Assembly (NCBI GenBank): GCA_963736855.1
Contig: CAVTQK010000021.1
Span: 192,001-256,000, forward strand
DNA length: 64,000 nucleotides
Direction of reading: 5' to 3'
Source: an uncultured delta proteobacterium
GTDB taxonomy: Bacteria > Desulfobacterota > Desulfobacteria > Desulfobacterales > UBA2156
The position numbers and the translations under genes were made by a program. The notes below the pieces were generated by a model. The model was not told where the DNA came from, did no database searches, and worked only from the letters and a program-made list of their open reading frames with translations. The stretch's first letter is position 1. Every line of letters starts with the position of its first letter. Shown here piece by piece: positions 60,177 through 64,000 of the stretch.

Positions 60177-60479
60177 TTAACCTTTACTTAGATTGATTTC
60201 GTCCACGTTCACGGTCGCTTTGTTCCGGAAAAGCGAAATGATGATGGCCAATCCCACAGCCGCCTCAGCCGCAGCGACGGTCATGATCATGAACACGAAA
60301 ACGTGACCATCCAGGTTGTTGAGAAAGCGCGAGAAAGCGACAATGGTCAAATTGACGGCATTCAACATCAACTCGATGCACATATAGATGATCAAGGCGT
60401 TGCGTTGTGTGAACACTCCCACCGCGCCGATCGAAAAAAGCACAGCACCCAACATTAAGTATGAGTTCAATGAAACCAT
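60177..60479 (-). CDS. nuoK: NADH:quinone oxidoreductase subunit K
   Basis: [20 protein letters not shown]. Confidence 0.95.
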   Translation of the reverse strand: MVSLNSYLMLGAVLFSIGAVGVFTQRNALIIYMCIELMLNAVNLTIVAFSRFLNNLDGHVFVFMIMTVAAAEAAVGLAIIISLFRNKATVNVDEINLSKG

Positions 60480-60508
60480 AGGCTACCATTCATGACCCGG
60501 ACGGCGAC

Positions 60509-61027
60509 TCAATCGCGCCCAGAGTCATCAATCCTCCTTTTGGCTAGGATGACCGCGCCGACAATTGCTGCGAGTAACAACACGGAGGCGATTTCGAAAG
60601 GCAACAGGTATTCGGTAAAGAGCATCTTCCCCACCGCCTTCGTGGTGCCGAACGCTTCGTCCACGTTCCCAAGCGCTGCCAGCGAACCGTTCGCCTGGAA
60701 CAGACTCACCATGGTAACCAGCAGCAAGCCCACCACCAACACGCCGAAGACTTGCAGCAGAATGACATTGCCTCCCAGTTTCCCTTCCTTTTCTTCCAGA
60801 TTGAGCAGCATGATCACGAACAGAAACAGCACCATGATGGCGCCGGCATACACGATCAGCTGCAGCACCGCGATCAGATGCGCATCCAGCAGCGCGTACA
60901 ATCCAGCTAGAAAGGACATGGTCGCGACCAGGCTCATGGCGGCGCGCACCGGCCTCTTGTTGGTCACCATCAGCAGCGCCGAGACCACGGCACCGACAGA
61001 GAAGGCGGAGAAAATCAATAATTGCAT
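60509..61027 (-). CDS. nuoJ: NADH:quinone oxidoreductase subunit J
   Basis: QLIVYAGAIMVLFLFVIMLL, YLLPFE. True start at ATG 61027. Confidence 0.92.
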   Translation of the reverse strand: MQLLIFSAFSVGAVVSALLMVTNKRPVRAAMSLVATMSFLAGLYALLDAHLIAVLQLIVYAGAIMVLFLFVIMLLNLEEKEGKLGGNVILLQVFGVLVVGLLLVTMVSLFQANGSLAALGNVDEAFGTTKAVGKMLFTEYLLPFEIASVLLLAAIVGAVILAKRRIDDSGRD

Positions 61028-61638
61028 TTGGAGTAAATCCTCCTGATGTATTCCAAACGAGCCTTCACACTGTCCTCGGGCCTGAGGAGTTGTTCTTTCG
61101 AATAACGCATGAGGCTCCGGTCCCGTTGCGCCAACCCCCGGTATTCCGAACTCATGACGATGGCCTCCTTCGGGCAAACCTCCTCGCAATAGCCGCAATA
61201 GACGCAACGGGACATGTCGAGGGTGTAGCTCAGCGGATAGCGATCGCCATCGGCCCTTTCCCCGGCCATGACGGTGATGGCCTTGGCCGGACACATTATT
61301 TCACACAGGCCGCAGGCCACGCATTTCTCGGCTCCGTCCAAACCGGCCACCAGAACCGGCCGACCGCGATACGCGGGAGGCAGCACGACCTGCTCTTCCG
61401 GATAGTAGACGGTGAACACCTTGCGCTTCTTGCCGGCCGGCGGGAAGACGAAGCCGATCATATTGATCACGAAATGCTTGCTGGTGACGTACAGGCCCCG
61501 CAGTACTTCGAAAAGGTACAGCTTCTCCCACAAGGTGAGCTCCACGTTCTTCCTCACCTTCTTGGGCTTCAGCGTAGCCGAAGGGACTCCCACCAGCGGA
61601 TGATATTGGGATTGCTCAGAACCTGTCATCTTGCTCAT
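61015..61638 (-). CDS. nuoI: NADH:quinone oxidoreductase subunit I
   Basis: YPEE, YRG, CVACGLCEIMCP, CVYCGYCEEVCP. Confidence 0.92.
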   Translation of the reverse strand: MSKMTGSEQSQYHPLVGVPSATLKPKKVRKNVELTLWEKLYLFEVLRGLYVTSKHFVINMIGFVFPPAGKKRKVFTVYYPEEQVVLPPAYRGRPVLVAGLDGAEKCVACGLCEIMCPAKAITVMAGERADGDRYPLSYTLDMSRCVYCGYCEEVCPKEAIVMSSEYRGLAQRDRSLMRYSKEQLLRPEDSVKARLEYIRRIYSKCNY

Positions 61639-62708
61639 AGCACCAGAACCACCAGCCCGGTTATCAGAATGTTGATGAGTGCAAGCGGCAGCAGCATCTT
61701 CCAGCACAGCCTCATGACCTGGTCGTAACGGAAGCGCGGAAGCGTCCAACGAATGGTCATTTGCAGCCAGATGAAGAAAATAATCTTGGCGAAGAAAGTG
61801 GCAACGTTCACCAGCATTGCCAGCAGGGCGGAGCCGTTTGGTCCCGCGAACTGGAACAGGGACAATAATTTCTGATCGCTCACGAAGGGGAGATGCCAGG
61901 CACCGAAAAACAGGGTGGTCACGATCCCACTGATGGTCACGATTTCCAGAAATTCCCCCATCCAGAACATGACGAACTTGAGGCCGCTGTATTCGGTGAA
62001 GTAGCCGGCCACCAGTTCCGATTCCGCCTCGGGCATATCGAACGGCACCCGCTTGTTTTCGGCAATGGCGCAGGTGATGAACAACACAAAACCAAGAGGT
62101 TGGAGAAAAATGCCCCAGTGGAAGAAATTTTCTTGCAGGGCCCCGATCTCTGTGAGCCGCAGGGAACCGTACACCATGATCACACCGATGATGGTGAGGC
62201 CCATGGCTACTTCATAGGAAAGCATTTGCGCCGACGCCCGCAAGCCGCCCAACAGCGACCAGTTGCTGCGCGAAGACCAACCGGCGAGGACCACCCCGTA
62301 GGTGGCGAGCGAGGCCAGAGCGAAAACGAACAGGATGCCCACATCCAGGTCGGCGATCACCAGGTTGACACGATGCCCGAACAGATCGTACTGGCCGCCG
62401 AAGGGAACCACACTGAAGGTGACAATCGCCGGAACCAGACAGATGAACGGCGCCAGGGTATGGAAGAACTTGTTGGCGCCGCTGGGGATGAAGTCTTCCT
62501 TAGCGAGGACCTTGATGGCGTCGGCGAGGGAATGGAACAGGCCGATCGCGGTGAAGCCGAAGATGGCCGCCCGGTTCGCGCCGATCCGGTCCTGCATCAC
62601 CGCGCTTTGCTTTCTTTCGACCCATCCCAACACGGGGGCAAAAAAGCCCAGGTTTACGCTGAATACGAATATAATTTTTGCAAGGGACTCGATCAGGTCT
62701 GCAACCAT
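61635..62708 (-). CDS. nuoH: NADH:quinone oxidoreductase subunit H
   Basis: ERK, QDRIG, GGLRASAQMLSYE, PFDMPEAESELVAG, RWTLPRFRYDQ. Confidence 0.95.
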   Translation of the reverse strand: MVADLIESLAKIIFVFSVNLGFFAPVLGWVERKQSAVMQDRIGANRAAIFGFTAIGLFHSLADAIKVLAKEDFIPSGANKFFHTLAPFICLVPAIVTFSVVPFGGQYDLFGHRVNLVIADLDVGILFVFALASLATYGVVLAGWSSRSNWSLLGGLRASAQMLSYEVAMGLTIIGVIMVYGSLRLTEIGALQENFFHWGIFLQPLGFVLFITCAIAENKRVPFDMPEAESELVAGYFTEYSGLKFVMFWMGEFLEIVTISGIVTTLFFGAWHLPFVSDQKLLSLFQFAGPNGSALLAMLVNVATFFAKIIFFIWLQMTIRWTLPRFRYDQVMRLCWKMLLPLALINILITGLVVLVL

Positions 62709-62710
62709 GG

Positions 62711-63901
62711 CTATCTATCGCATTCTCCGCCGATCATGTTGATCATGTCGAATGTGGGGACGATATCGGCGATCAGCCTCCCCTTCATCAGCCTGGGCAT
62801 GGCGGCGGTGAGGGCAAAACAAGGCGGTCTTACCCGGCATTTGTAGGGCTTCCCGCTGCCATCGCTCACAAGATAGAATCCGAGTTCGCCGTTGGCTCCT
62901 TCGACGGCCGCATAGACCTCGCCGGGAGGCGGCTTGATGCCATCGATAACAGTCTTGAAGTGAAAGATCAGGGAATCGATCCGATGGTAAATGTCTTCCT
63001 TGGGCTGCATCCGATATTGCGGCAGGTCGAGATTGATGGGTCCGTCAGGAAGTTGGCTCAAGGCCTGCTCGACAATCCGCATGCTCTGTTGGATCTCTTC
63101 CATTCGCACCAGGTACTTGTCGAAATTGTCGCCCTTCTCACCGATCGGGATCTCGAAATCCATCCGATCGTAAACCAGGTACGGCTGCGCCCTGCGCACA
63201 TCGTAAGGGACCCCGCAGGCCCGCAGGCAGGGGCCCGTAAATCCATAAGCGATGGCTTCGTCCGCCGGAATGACCCCGACATCTCTCACCCGGTCGATGA
63301 AGATCCGGTTCTTGGTCAGGAGCTTGTCCACATCCTCCCACAAGCGCCGGCACTCCTTGAAGGCCAGCCGGGTCTTTTCCTGAAAGCCGTCGGGCAGATC
63401 ATTCTTGAGACCGCCGATCCGTACATAGTTGACGGTGACCCGCGCCCCACACAGCATCTCGATCAGGTCCCACACCAGTTCCCGCGCTTCCACAAAATAG
63501 AGGAAGGCGGTGAAGGCGCCGAGTTCGAGCCCGCTGGCGGCGACATTGGTTAAATGATCGGCGATCCGCGACAGCTCACAGGCGATCACCCGCAGATACT
63601 GGCACCGTTCCGGGACCTCAATGCCGATCAGCTTTTCCACCGCCAGCGCATAGCCCACGTTGTTGATCAGGGGCGATACGTAATTCAGCCGGTCGGTGTA
63701 AGGGATCACCTGCTGCCAGGTGCCGTTCTCGCACATCTTCTCGAACCCCCGGTGGAGGTACCCGATGTCCACCTTGAGATCGACGATGGTCTCCCCGTCG
63801 AGGGTCGCCAGGAACTTCACTGTGCCATGGGTCACCGGATGCGACGGACCCATGTTGATCACCATGTGTTCGGTGTGCAGATCTTTGGCTAAATCGGACA
63901 T
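62711..63901 (-). CDS. nuoD: NADH:quinone oxidoreductase subunit D
   Basis: NMGPSHPVTHG, GYLHRGFEK, DRLNY, GELG, GECDR. No NiFe CxxC pairs. Confidence 0.95.
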   Translation of the reverse strand: MSDLAKDLHTEHMVINMGPSHPVTHGTVKFLATLDGETIVDLKVDIGYLHRGFEKMCENGTWQQVIPYTDRLNYVSPLINNVGYALAVEKLIGIEVPERCQYLRVIACELSRIADHLTNVAASGLELGAFTAFLYFVEARELVWDLIEMLCGARVTVNYVRIGGLKNDLPDGFQEKTRLAFKECRRLWEDVDKLLTKNRIFIDRVRDVGVIPADEAIAYGFTGPCLRACGVPYDVRRAQPYLVYDRMDFEIPIGEKGDNFDKYLVRMEEIQQSMRIVEQALSQLPDGPINLDLPQYRMQPKEDIYHRIDSLIFHFKTVIDGIKPPPGEVYAAVEGANGELGFYLVSDGSGKPYKCRVRPPCFALTAAMPRLMKGRLIADIVPTFDMINMIGGECDR

Positions 63902-63925
63902 GTCTCGAAACGACCCGTTGGAGTG

Positions 63926-64000
63926 TTAATTAACCGGCCCGATTAAGGGCTGCCTCTTTTTAATGGGATAGTCCTTCCGCAAGGGATGCCCCTCGAAGCC
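63926..64000 (-). CDS. nuoC: NADH:quinone oxidoreductase subunit C, 3' end only
   Basis: Hand translation GFEGHPLRKDYPIKKRQPLIGPVN*. Runs off the window edge. Confidence 0.85.
   Translation of the reverse strand, partial: GFEGHPLRKDYPIKKRQPLIGPVN

Noticed and set aside
53937..63553. Long antisense or alternate-frame ORFs (e.g. 53937..54890, 59069..59902, 61893..62846, 62678..63553)
   Set aside because: They are shadows of GC-rich nuo genes with no recognisable motifs. The same applies to most short ORFs in the track.
50791..63901. Formate hydrogenlyase / group 4 hydrogenase
   Set aside because: The NuoD homolog lacks both NiFe-binding CxxC pairs and keeps quinone-site residues.
1..64000. 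CRISPR array, tRNA/rRNA, prophage, transposase or defence system
   Set aside because: No regularly spaced repeats, RNA-gene signatures or relevant protein motifs seen by eye. Small RNAs cannot be excluded without a covariance search.
46500..64000. Horizontal acquisition of the respiratory cluster (looks more GC-rich by eye)
   Set aside because: Not quantified, and no integrase, tRNA or flanking repeats. Needs a GC3/tetranucleotide computation.

Overview
Gene-dense chromosomal window from an anaerobic bacterium; gene content suggests Desulfobacterota/deltaproteobacteria (inference). I found no rRNA, tRNA, CRISPR array or transposase. From left to right it holds: a c-di-GMP signalling neighbourhood (GGDEF, output-less Zn-ribbon/HAMP receptor plus solute-binding protein, HEAT plus HD-GYP); an octaheme HAO-family cytochrome; rlmI and a 36-aa ribosomal protein Thx absent from the ORF track; an IclR-controlled divergent locus with an intact aldehyde:ferredoxin oxidoreductase (AOR) and a cluster-less AOR paralog, each with its own 4x[4Fe-4S] ferredoxin, ending in an orphan MetV-like gene; cydAB; bzd-type benzoyl-CoA-reductase ATPase subunits (bzdPQ) plus a BzdV-like oxidoreductase without bzdNO; a degenerate class III cyclase-like protein; and sugar epimerases. 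The best candidate for a new system is the minus-strand respiratory region at 46.5-64 kb. It has complex-I-like genes (nuoC-D-H-I-J-K, no nuoEFG in view) with four antiporter-like subunits, followed directly by a selenocysteine formate dehydrogenase (in-frame UGA plus SECIS) with a NuoG-like Fe-S module. Next comes a Rieske/cytochrome b cluster in which two EbdC-like heme proteins carrying CxxxCH stand where cytochrome c1 would be. Five genes have single-base frameshifts, most likely sequencing errors. Two related MITE-like elements are present.
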